DNA of 64,000 nucleotides from contig OZ241883.1 of the NCBI GenBank assembly GCA_965203445.1, positions 1,632,001-1,696,000 on the forward strand, given 5' to 3'. This DNA is from Candidatus Oxydemutator sp. (GTDB lineage: Bacteria; Pseudomonadota; Gammaproteobacteria; Poriferisulfidales; Oxydemutatoraceae). The notes below the pieces were generated by a model, which had not been told where the DNA came from, did no database searches, and worked only from the letters and a program-made list of their open reading frames with translations. A program made the translations under genes and the position numbers. This document shows positions 39,353 through 47,037 of this stretch, one piece after another; position 1 is the stretch's first letter; the number at the start of each line of letters is the position of its first letter.

Positions 39353-40207
39353 TTACGGGGATGCCGGCGGTGCTGGCGGCGGGCGCGGCGGCGGCGCGTC
39401 GTAGATGATGTTTTTTTCGCCGTGGTAGGCGAGGAAGGATTTTCCCCTGGCGCGCGCGATCATCGTGACGTTCAGGTCGCGCGCGAACTCCAGCCCCAGA
39501 TGGGTGATACCCGAGCGCGACAGCAGCACCGGTATGCCCATGTGCGCGGTCTTCATCACGATCTCCGACGTCAGCCGCCCGGTGGTGTAGAAGATCTTGT
39601 CGCCGCCGTCCACGCCTTCGAGCCACATCATGCCGGCGATTGCGTCGGCGGCGTTGTGGCGCCCGACGTCCTCGACGAAGGTCAGCACCTCGGCGCCGGC
39701 GCACAGCGCGCAGCCGTGCACCGCGCCGGCGCGCTTGTAGATCTCGTTGTGGCGCGCGATGGCGCGCAGCAGCTCGTAGATCACGTTCTGGCGTAGCGTT
39801 ACGTCCGGCAGACGCCGATCGTAGAGCTTGTCCAGGGTGCAGCTGAAAATCGTGCCCTGGCCGCAGCCGCTGGTGACGGTGCGCCGCGCCAGCTTCTCCC
39901 GCCAGTCGCCGGCGGCGCGCCCCGGACGCAGGCGCACTTCCACGGCCTCCCGATCCCAGTCGACCGCGACCGATTCGATGGCCTCGACGTCGTCCACCAG
40001 GCGCTGGTTGCGCAGGTAGCCGACCGCCAGTTCCTCGGGGAAGGTTCCGAGCGTCATCAGCGTCACCAGTTCGCGCCCGTCCACGATCAGCGTCAGCGGC
40101 GATTCGCCGGCGACGTGTACCGTGCGCGCGTCGCCCCACTGGTCGCGCGCCTCGATCGAAAACGTCGGCGACAGCCGCTTGCGCGTCATGGACGGGCGCC
40201 GCGTCAT
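39353..40207 (-). CDS. fdhD: Formate dehydrogenase accessory sulfurtransferase
   Basis: SGCGQG, GAVHGCAL, EDVGRHNA.D and TGRLTSE motifs. Confidence 0.93.
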   Translation of the reverse strand: MTRRPSMTRKRLSPTFSIEARDQWGDARTVHVAGESPLTLIVDGRELVTLMTLGTFPEELAVGYLRNQRLVDDVEAIESVAVDWDREAVEVRLRPGRAAGDWREKLARRTVTSGCGQGTIFSCTLDKLYDRRLPDVTLRQNVIYELLRAIARHNEIYKRAGAVHGCALCAGAEVLTFVEDVGRHNAADAIAGMMWLEGVDGGDKIFYTTGRLTSEIVMKTAHMGIPVLLSRSGITHLGLEFARDLNVTMIARARGKSFLAYHGEKNIIYDAPPPRPPPAPPASP

Positions 40208-42711
40208 CGCCCCGGTGCCTCGGCGGCAGCCTTGCCGAGCGGCTTGAACAGCAGCAGCAGCGACGGCAGCAGCGTCAGCGACGCCACCAGCGCCGCGGCC
40301 ATGGCCAGCCCGATCAGCAGGCCGAAGCGGATGGTCGGAATGAAATTCGACAGCGCCAGGATCGAGAAGCCGAAGATGATCGTGATCGAGGTGTAGTACA
40401 TCGCCTTGCCGATGCTGCCGTGGCAGCGCTCGACCGCGGCGCAATAATCGCGGTCCTTCGGGAACTCGCGCTGGAAGCGGATTACGTAGTGGATCGTGTT
40501 GTCGACCGCGATGCCGATGCTGATCGCGGCTATCGTGATCGTCATCATGTCGAGCGGGATGCCGCGCCAGCCCATGAAGCCGAGCACCAGGGCCGCCGCC
40601 AGCGCGTTCGGAAAGATCGCGATCAGCGCCAGCGGCAGCGAGCGGAACAACACGATGAACATCAGCAGGATCGCCAAAAACACCGTGCCCATGGTCAGGA
40701 TCTGCGACGCATAGAGGCTTTGCAGCATGTTGTTGTAGAGCACCAACATGCCGCTCAGGCGGAAGCGATCCTCGTCGTAGCCCAGGTCCTCAAGCCCGGC
40801 GCGCACGCGCTCGAGAAATTCCTTGCGGCTCAGATCCTTGTTCGAGTCTATGATGCGCGCGTTGAAGCGCAATTCGTTGCCGTCCTCGGAGATGTACGGC
40901 GTGTACAGCACGCTCCTGACGTCGTCGGGCAGCAGCCTGCCGATCAGCGCCGCCTCGAAGTCGTCCAGCGGGCGTCCGTCTTGCAGCGTCTGGGCGATAC
41001 GCGCAAGCGTCGCCAGCGACAGCACCTTGCCGGTCTCGGCCTGCGCCTCCAGGTAGTCGTGCACGCGCGCGGCCTCCTCGAGTTTGCGCGGGTTCAGCCA
41101 GTAGTTTGCGGTCTCGCCGCGGTCGTCGTCGAAGTATCCGCCGAGCGCGAAGTCGTCTTCGCCCGCGTCGGTCGCGGGTGCCGCGGCGGGCGCCGCGTCG
41201 GCCTTCAAAATCACGTCGAACGGCGTCGTGCCGCCCAACTTGCGGTCTATCAGCAGCATGCCGCGGTGGATTTCGGTGTCGCTGCGGAAGTAGTCTATGA
41301 AGCGGTTCTCGACCTCGAGGCGGCTGATGCCGAAGGCGCTTGCGAGCGCCGCCGCCAGCCCGAGCACGGCGATCGCGCGGTAGCGGCGCCGCGACAGGCG
41401 CGCGAGGGCGCCGGTCAGGCGCGTCGTGAAGTCGTTTTCCCGGCGGTCGCGGCGCGGTTTCAGCACCATCAGGAAGCTCGGAAACAGCGTGAAGATCAGC
41501 ACGAAGGCGAACACCACGCCGAGCGTCATCAGGTAGCCGAAGTCTATCACCGGGCGTATGCCGCTGGTGATCAGCGATACGAAGGCGACGATGGTCGTGA
41601 GCGAGGTATACACGCACGGGCGGAACATGAAACGCACGGTCTCGCGCAGCAGGCGGCGTTGATCGTCGCCGGCGCGCGCCGCCTGCAACTCGCGCAGGCG
41701 CACCGTCAGGTGTATGGTCATGGACATCGCGATGATCAGGATCAGCGCGACGTAGTTCGACGAGATCACCGTCGCGCGCCAGTCGAGCAGGCCGAGCAGG
41801 CCGGTCAGGGCCAGCGCCGACAGCCCGCAGCACAGCAGCGGCAGCGCGACCCAGCGCGGGCTGCGGAAGATCACCGCCAGCGTCAGCACCAGGAACGCGA
41901 GCACCGCGGCGCCGAACGTGACGAGGTCGTTCTCGATCATCGCGATCATGTCGGCGATGATCATCGGCACGCCGCCGAGCGCCAGTTGCGCCGCCGCGCG
42001 CGCGCGGTGGTCGTCCAGGACCGCGCGGATGCGCGCGATGGTCGCGCGCCCGGCCTGCACGTGCCCGGCCTGGCGTTGCTTGAAGCGCCGCGATACTTCG
42101 TCGAGCCGCCGCGCGCCCGCGTCCTCGAGGCGGCCGTCGCGCTCGAGCAGGCGCAGGTGCTCGCGCTCGGTCAGCAGCTCCTCGAGTTCGGCGTCGGTCT
42201 CGAGATAGGCGAGCATCATCGTTGTGCCGCCGTCCTCGCTCAGCAGCAAATTGCGGTAGAGCGGGCTGTTTTGCAGTTCGCGCCGCGCCAGCGCCGGATC
42301 CACGCCGGGCGTGCGCAGCGTGCGCGCCTCGCGCGACAATTCGGACGGGCGCACGCGCGGGCTCTCGAGCAGCGGCACGTCGAGCAGCGACAGCACGCGG
42401 CGCACGCCGGGAACCGAGGCGAGGTGCCGCTGTAGCGCGTCGAGGCGCGCCAGCGTCCGCGGCGCGAACACGTCGGCCGCGGGCGTGTAGGTGACGGCGA
42501 CGAAGTCGTCGCCGCCGTAGCGTCGCGTGATCGAACGGTAGTAGCGCAGATCGTCGTCGTCCTCGAGCAGCAGCGAGTCGGCCGAGGCGTCGAGTTTGAA
42601 GTGCGCGGCCTGCGTCGCCAGCGCCGCGACCAGCACCAGCAACGAGATCAGCACGAGGCGCGGGCGCTCCAGCACCAGGGCCTCGTAGCAGCGCCACAGC
42701 CGGTCGCTCAC
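40204..42711 (-). CDS. MMPL/RND-family membrane transporter
   Basis: Two multi-TM repeats; IGIAVDNTIHY; start inferred at GTG 42711. Confidence 0.9.
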   Translation of the reverse strand: MSDRLWRCYEALVLERPRLVLISLLVLVAALATQAAHFKLDASADSLLLEDDDDLRYYRSITRRYGGDDFVAVTYTPAADVFAPRTLARLDALQRHLASVPGVRRVLSLLDVPLLESPRVRPSELSREARTLRTPGVDPALARRELQNSPLYRNLLLSEDGGTTMMLAYLETDAELEELLTEREHLRLLERDGRLEDAGARRLDEVSRRFKQRQAGHVQAGRATIARIRAVLDDHRARAAAQLALGGVPMIIADMIAMIENDLVTFGAAVLAFLVLTLAVIFRSPRWVALPLLCCGLSALALTGLLGLLDWRATVISSNYVALILIIAMSMTIHLTVRLRELQAARAGDDQRRLLRETVRFMFRPCVYTSLTTIVAFVSLITSGIRPVIDFGYLMTLGVVFAFVLIFTLFPSFLMVLKPRRDRRENDFTTRLTGALARLSRRRYRAIAVLGLAAALASAFGISRLEVENRFIDYFRSDTEIHRGMLLIDRKLGGTTPFDVILKADAAPAAAPATDAGEDDFALGGYFDDDRGETANYWLNPRKLEEAARVHDYLEAQAETGKVLSLATLARIAQTLQDGRPLDDFEAALIGRLLPDDVRSVLYTPYISEDGNELRFNARIIDSNKDLSRKEFLERVRAGLEDLGYDEDRFRLSGMLVLYNNMLQSLYASQILTMGTVFLAILLMFIVLFRSLPLALIAIFPNALAAALVLGFMGWRGIPLDMMTITIAAISIGIAVDNTIHYVIRFQREFPKDRDYCAAVERCHGSIGKAMYYTSITIIFGFSILALSNFIPTIRFGLLIGLAMAAALVASLTLLPSLLLLFKPLGKAAAEAPGR

Positions 42712-43994
42712 GTCGCGTCCGCGGCCGCGCCGGGCGTCTTCAGGCGCGGCGATATGCGCACGATCTTGACCGCGTTGCGGTGGGTCTTGAGCACCTCGAA
42801 CGGGTGGCCGTCTATCAGCGCGCAGGTCGCCGACTGCGGTATCATCTCCAGTTTTTCGAGCACCAGCCCGTTGATCGTCTTCGGGCCGTCCTCGGCCAGG
42901 CGCCACCCCAGCAGCTGGTTCAACTCACGCACGTGGCAGCTGCCGTCCACGATCACGCTGCCGTCGTCGCGGCGCACGATCTCCAGGTCGTAGGCGCCGG
43001 GGTCGTTGGTGAAGTCGCCGACGATCTCCTCGAGCAGGTCCTCCATCGTAACCAGCCCGAGGATGTCGCCGTACTCGTCGACGATCAGCCCGTGGCGGCG
43101 CTTGTGCTTCTTGAAGTTGCGCAGCGCCTCCATCAGCGGCGCGTTCTTCGAGATGAAGTGCGGTTCGCGCGCGGCTTTTTCGAGGGTCTCGACGGTCGCG
43201 CGGCCGTCGTCGTCGGTTTGCAGCAGTTTCTTCAGGTGGACGAAGCCGGTGACGTTGTCTATGCTGCCGCGGTACAACGGCACGCGCGTGTAGGCGACGT
43301 TGGCGAGAGCGTCCTCGATCTCCTCCCATTCGTCGTCGAGGTTGATGCCGACGATCTCGTGGCGCGGGATCATGATGTCCTCGACCGTCTTGTTCTCGAG
43401 GTCGAGTATGCCGATCAGCATGTCCTGGTATTCCTCGGAGATCACGCTGCCCGAGATCGCCAGCGCCGCGCGCAATTCCTCGCGCGTCAGCGAGTGCGCC
43501 GCGCCCATGGTCTGCGGCGCACCGAACGGCCTGAGCAGCGCGTGCGTCAGGCGCGTGCCGAGCAGCACGAACGGGTAGAGCGGCGCGCGCAGCACGTGGT
43601 AGATCGCGCTCGCCGGCAGCGCCAGGCGTTGCGGCCACAGCGCGGCGAAGGTCTTGGGCGTGAGTTCGGCGAAGATCAGCAAAAGCAGCGTCAGCGCCGC
43701 GGTGGCCACGGCGATCCCAAGATCGCCATAGACGCGGTAGCCGATGTACGCGGTCAGCTGTGCGATCAGGATGTTCGTGAAGTTGTTGCCGAGCAGGATC
43801 AGCGTGATCAACTGATCCGGTTTTTCGAGCAGCCTGAGGGTGCGCCTGGCGCCGGCGTGGCCGTGCTTCGCCATGTGCTCCAGGCGGTAGCGGTTGACCG
43901 TCATCAGCGCGGTCTCGGAGCCGGAGAAGAACGCCGACAGCACGAACAGCGTCGCCAGGACGGCGCCGAGCGCGTAGAGCGGAATGCCTTCCAT
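42708..43994 (-). CDS. HlyC/CorC (CNNM-CBS-CorC) transporter, YfjD-like
   Basis: SAFFSGSETA, CBS pair and VDEYG..GLVTMEDLLEEIVG motifs. Confidence 0.93.
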   Translation of the reverse strand: MEGIPLYALGAVLATLFVLSAFFSGSETALMTVNRYRLEHMAKHGHAGARRTLRLLEKPDQLITLILLGNNFTNILIAQLTAYIGYRVYGDLGIAVATAALTLLLLIFAELTPKTFAALWPQRLALPASAIYHVLRAPLYPFVLLGTRLTHALLRPFGAPQTMGAAHSLTREELRAALAISGSVISEEYQDMLIGILDLENKTVEDIMIPRHEIVGINLDDEWEEIEDALANVAYTRVPLYRGSIDNVTGFVHLKKLLQTDDDGRATVETLEKAAREPHFISKNAPLMEALRNFKKHKRRHGLIVDEYGDILGLVTMEDLLEEIVGDFTNDPGAYDLEIVRRDDGSVIVDGSCHVRELNQLLGWRLAEDGPKTINGLVLEKLEMIPQSATCALIDGHPFEVLKTHRNAVKIVRISPRLKTPGAAADAT

Positions 43995-44007
43995 CGGGGC
44001 GCGCGCG

Positions 44008-44808
44008 TCAGACGCGCTGCAGAATCAGTTCCAGCGCCATCTTGCTGCCGAAATAGGCGAGTGCCAGCAGCGCGGTGCCGGTCAGCACCAGTCCCAACAC
44101 GGCCCTGCCGCGCCAGCCGAGCAGTCTCCTGCCGATCAACAGCCCGCTGAAGAACACCCACGCCGCCGCCGACAACACCGTCTTGTGCATCAGATGCTGC
44201 GCCAGCAGGTCGTCGTGGTAGAGCCAGCCGCTGACGAGGCTTGCGGTCAGCAGCACGACGCCGATGCCGACCAGGTGAAACAGGAAACTCTCCATCGCGT
44301 CGAGCGACGGCAGGTTCGTCAGCAGCACCGACGGGCGGCTGACCTTGAGGCTACGCCCCTGCAGGTACACCGTGATCGCCTGTACGCCGGCGAGGCTCAG
44401 GAAACTGTAGGCCAGAAACGACAGCAGGATGTGCGCCTGGATGCCGGGCCGCGCGGCGCCGGCGACGAGGACGCGGCTGGTGTCGGTGAGGCTGATCAAC
44501 AGGGACAAGGCCGCGAGCGGCAGCACCACCAGCCCCAGCAGCGCGACCGGCAGCCGCAGGCAACTGACGAGCAGCGTGGCCGCGATCAGCAGCGCCGCGA
44601 GCGACACCGCCTGAAAGAAGGCGAGGTTCAGACCGTGCTCGGTAAGCACCGCCGGCGCCAGGCCGGCGGCATGGCAAACCAGCGCGGCGCCCCAGGCCAG
44701 CAGCGTTTTCCCGTTCGGCTTCGGTGCATCCTGCCACATCCGGCGCCACAGCAGCGACACCGTCAGCAGGTAGAGGAAAACGGCCGACAGGTTGAGGGTC
44801 AGCACCAT
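44008..44808 (-). CDS. Cytochrome c assembly family inner-membrane protein (YpjD-like)
   Basis: Multiple TMs; LPSLDAME, HKTVLS, GWRG and LAYFGSK motifs; upstream of the yfjD-like gene. Confidence 0.88.
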   Translation of the reverse strand: MVLTLNLSAVFLYLLTVSLLWRRMWQDAPKPNGKTLLAWGAALVCHAAGLAPAVLTEHGLNLAFFQAVSLAALLIAATLLVSCLRLPVALLGLVVLPLAALSLLISLTDTSRVLVAGAARPGIQAHILLSFLAYSFLSLAGVQAITVYLQGRSLKVSRPSVLLTNLPSLDAMESFLFHLVGIGVVLLTASLVSGWLYHDDLLAQHLMHKTVLSAAAWVFFSGLLIGRRLLGWRGRAVLGLVLTGTALLALAYFGSKMALELILQRV

Positions 44809-44994
44809 GAGGGTTGTAGCGCGTTCATCGCTTACCCGGATTATACTCCGCCTTGCCCGGTATTTTCAGCGGTGCGAAAAGTCATCGAACCGCTGCGGCA
44901 GCCCCCTCGTTTCTTCCGTCGCCGCCGTCGCCCGCGCCCCGGGCTTTCCCGAAAGGCAAGGGAACGCCCCCGCGGGCGTTCCCGAAGCAACGTA

Positions 44995-45882
44995 TCAGCT
45001 GGGAATGTAGCGCAGGTGCTCGACGTCGGCGCGCACCTTCTGGCCGTCGGGCAACAGCACCGCGTAGCCGCATTCGTGCGCCAGGGCGACGGCGTCCTGA
45101 TCCGCGGTCATGCCCGCCACCGCCGGCACCAGCGTCTTGTCGTTGTACTCACATAGAAAACTTCGGAAGTTCGGCAACGTCACGTCGCGCATTTTCTCCA
45201 CGTCTTCGCGCCGCAGCTTGTGCTTGACCTCGATGACCGCGACCATCTCGCCGTTCAGCAGCAGCAGATCGTACTCGGCGTGTTTGCCGTCGGGACGGGC
45301 GGCCCCGACGTTGGAGCGGACATGGCCGAACTCCGCGTCGCCGAGACGCGGCGCCTCGAGCAACGCCTGGTGGTAGAACTCTTCGGCGACGCGGCCCTGG
45401 GTCTGGCCCATGCCTCCTATCTCCTTGCAGACCTCGTGCATGATTCTGGATGCTTCCTTTACTTGTTTCTCGGTTTCCTTTACTTGTTTCTCGGTTTCCT
45501 CGATCTGTTTATCGGTTTTCTCGATCTGTTTATCGGTTTTCTCGATCTGTTTCTCGAGTGATCGTTTGGACTCCTCGGCTTTGGCGTGACGGGCCTCCGC
45601 ACGGGCCTCCGACTCGACGCGCCATTGCTCATACTTGGCGCGCCATTGATCAGACTCGGCACGCCATTGATCAGACTCGGCACGCCATTGCTCATACTTG
45701 GCGCGCCATTGATCAGACTCGGCACGCCATTGATCAGACTCGGCGCGCCATTGATCAGACTCGGCACGCCATTGCTCAGACTTGGCGCGCCATTGATCCC
45801 ACTGGGCGCGCCACGCCGCCGCCTCGGCGTTGCTTCTGGCGATCTGTTCCAGGTGTTCTTGTACTCTGTCGAGTGCGTCCAT
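44995..45882 (-). CDS. Coiled-coil + PD-(D/E)XK-like nuclease, 295 aa
   Basis: WRAESDQ and KQIEKTD heptad repeats; AEEFY..AEYDLL..IEVK; ATG 45882 lies 7 nt after TATAAT. Confidence 0.85.
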   Translation of the reverse strand: MDALDRVQEHLEQIARSNAEAAAWRAQWDQWRAKSEQWRAESDQWRAESDQWRAESDQWRAKYEQWRAESDQWRAESDQWRAKYEQWRVESEARAEARHAKAEESKRSLEKQIEKTDKQIEKTDKQIEETEKQVKETEKQVKEASRIMHEVCKEIGGMGQTQGRVAEEFYHQALLEAPRLGDAEFGHVRSNVGAARPDGKHAEYDLLLLNGEMVAVIEVKHKLRREDVEKMRDVTLPNFRSFLCEYNDKTLVPAVAGMTADQDAVALAHECGYAVLLPDGQKVRADVEHLRYIPS

Positions 45883-45889
45883 AGTCGTT

Positions 45890-45992
45890 ATTATATGGTC
45901 GCGCGTACTGCATGCAACCGGGTGATGCCGAAAATTGGGGGTGAAAATCGCCAAGTCGTTGTCGCGTTCGGCGAATACATCTGACGAACGGT
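45890..45992 (-). promoter_or_regulatory. Near-leaderless promoter plus AlgR/LytTR-like box
   Basis: TTGCAT-N16-TATAAT-N7-ATG; ACCGTTCGTC at 45983-45992; region homologous to 16129-16234. Confidence 0.6.
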
Positions 45993-46095
45993 TTTTCCGA
46001 AGTAACGCCTGTTGCCGTCGCCCGGGTCCCGGGCGTCCCCGAGAGGCAAGGGAACGCCCCCGCGGGCGTTCCCGAAGCAATGTATCAGTAACGTA

Positions 46096-46815
46096 TCAGC
46101 TGGGAATGTAGCGCAGGTGCCCGATGTCGGCGCGCACCTTCTGGCCGTCGGGCAGCAGCACCGCGTAGCCGCACTCGTGCGCCAGGGCGACGGCGTCCTG
46201 ATCCGCGGTCATGCCCGCCACCGCCGGCACCAGCGTCTTGTTGTTGTGCTCCCATAGAAAACGCCGGAAGTTCGGCAACGTCACGTCGCGCATTCTCTCC
46301 ACGTCTTCGCGCCGCAGCTTGATCTCGATCTCGATGACCGCGACCATCTCGTCGTTCAGCAACAGCAGATCGTACTTGGCGCTTTTGCCGTTGCGATGGG
46401 TGGCCTCGATATTGGCGCGCACCCCGCCGAACTTCACGTCGCCGAGGCGCGGCGCCTTGCAAAACGCCTGGTAATAGAACTCTTCGATGAGGCTGTCCTG
46501 GGTTTGGCCCACGTCTCTCCATTTCCCGAAGATCTCGCGCGCGACCCTGGAGGTTTCCTTTACTTGTTTCTCGGTTTCCTTGATCTGTTTATCGGTTTTC
46601 TCGATCTGTTTCTCGAGTGATCGTTTGGACTCCTCGGCTTTGGCGTGACGGGCCTCCGCACGGGCCTCCGACCCGACGCGCCATTGCTCATACTTGGCGC
46701 GCCATTGATCAGACTCGGCGCGCCATTGATCAGACTCGGCACGCCACGCCGCCGCCTCGGCGTTGCTTCTGGCGATCTGTTCCAGGTGCTCTTGTACTCT
46801 GTCGAGTGCGTCCAC
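46096..46815 (-). CDS. Coiled-coil + PD-(D/E)XK-like nuclease paralog with an altered motif, 239 aa
   Basis: Tandem paralog 56 aa (8 heptads) shorter; AKYDLL..IEIEIK; GTG start 7 nt after TACAAT. Confidence 0.83.
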   Translation of the reverse strand: MDALDRVQEHLEQIARSNAEAAAWRAESDQWRAESDQWRAKYEQWRVGSEARAEARHAKAEESKRSLEKQIEKTDKQIKETEKQVKETSRVAREIFGKWRDVGQTQDSLIEEFYYQAFCKAPRLGDVKFGGVRANIEATHRNGKSAKYDLLLLNDEMVAVIEIEIKLRREDVERMRDVTLPNFRRFLWEHNNKTLVPAVAGMTADQDAVALAHECGYAVLLPDGQKVRADIGHLRYIPS

Positions 46816-47037
46816 AGTCGTTATTGTATGCCCGTGCGCACCGCACGCAACCGCCCGCGCCCCTGGTCTTCCCGAGAGGCAAGGGAACGCCCCCGCGAGC
46901 CTTCCCGAGAGGTAAGGGAACGCCCCCGCGGGCGTTCCCGAATCGGTGTGATATAGTAAGCGTGCCCATTGTCGCTTTGTGGCTGACGCCTCTGACGCCT
47001 GTATAATGCCCCTGTATAAGGCCGACCATTATTTTTG

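Larger units (their letters stand above)
44960..46939. repeat. Four copies of the palindrome GGGAACGCCC-CCGC-GGGCGTTCCC (44960-44983, 46050-46073, 46883-46906 degenerate, 46916-46939)
   Basis: 10-bp stem with conserved flanks CCCGA(A/G)AGG(C/T)AA and GA. Confidence 0.92.

Noticed and set aside
45470-45810. 21-bp tandem repeats (also 15575-16030 and 38830-38960) as a CRISPR array
   Set aside because: They have no unique spacers and are in-frame coding repeats for coiled coils.
44960-46939. Integron attC sites
   Set aside because: They lack RYYYAAC/GTTRRRY ends, the stem is too short, and no integrase is present. Kept only as a REP-like or cassette-junction hypothesis.
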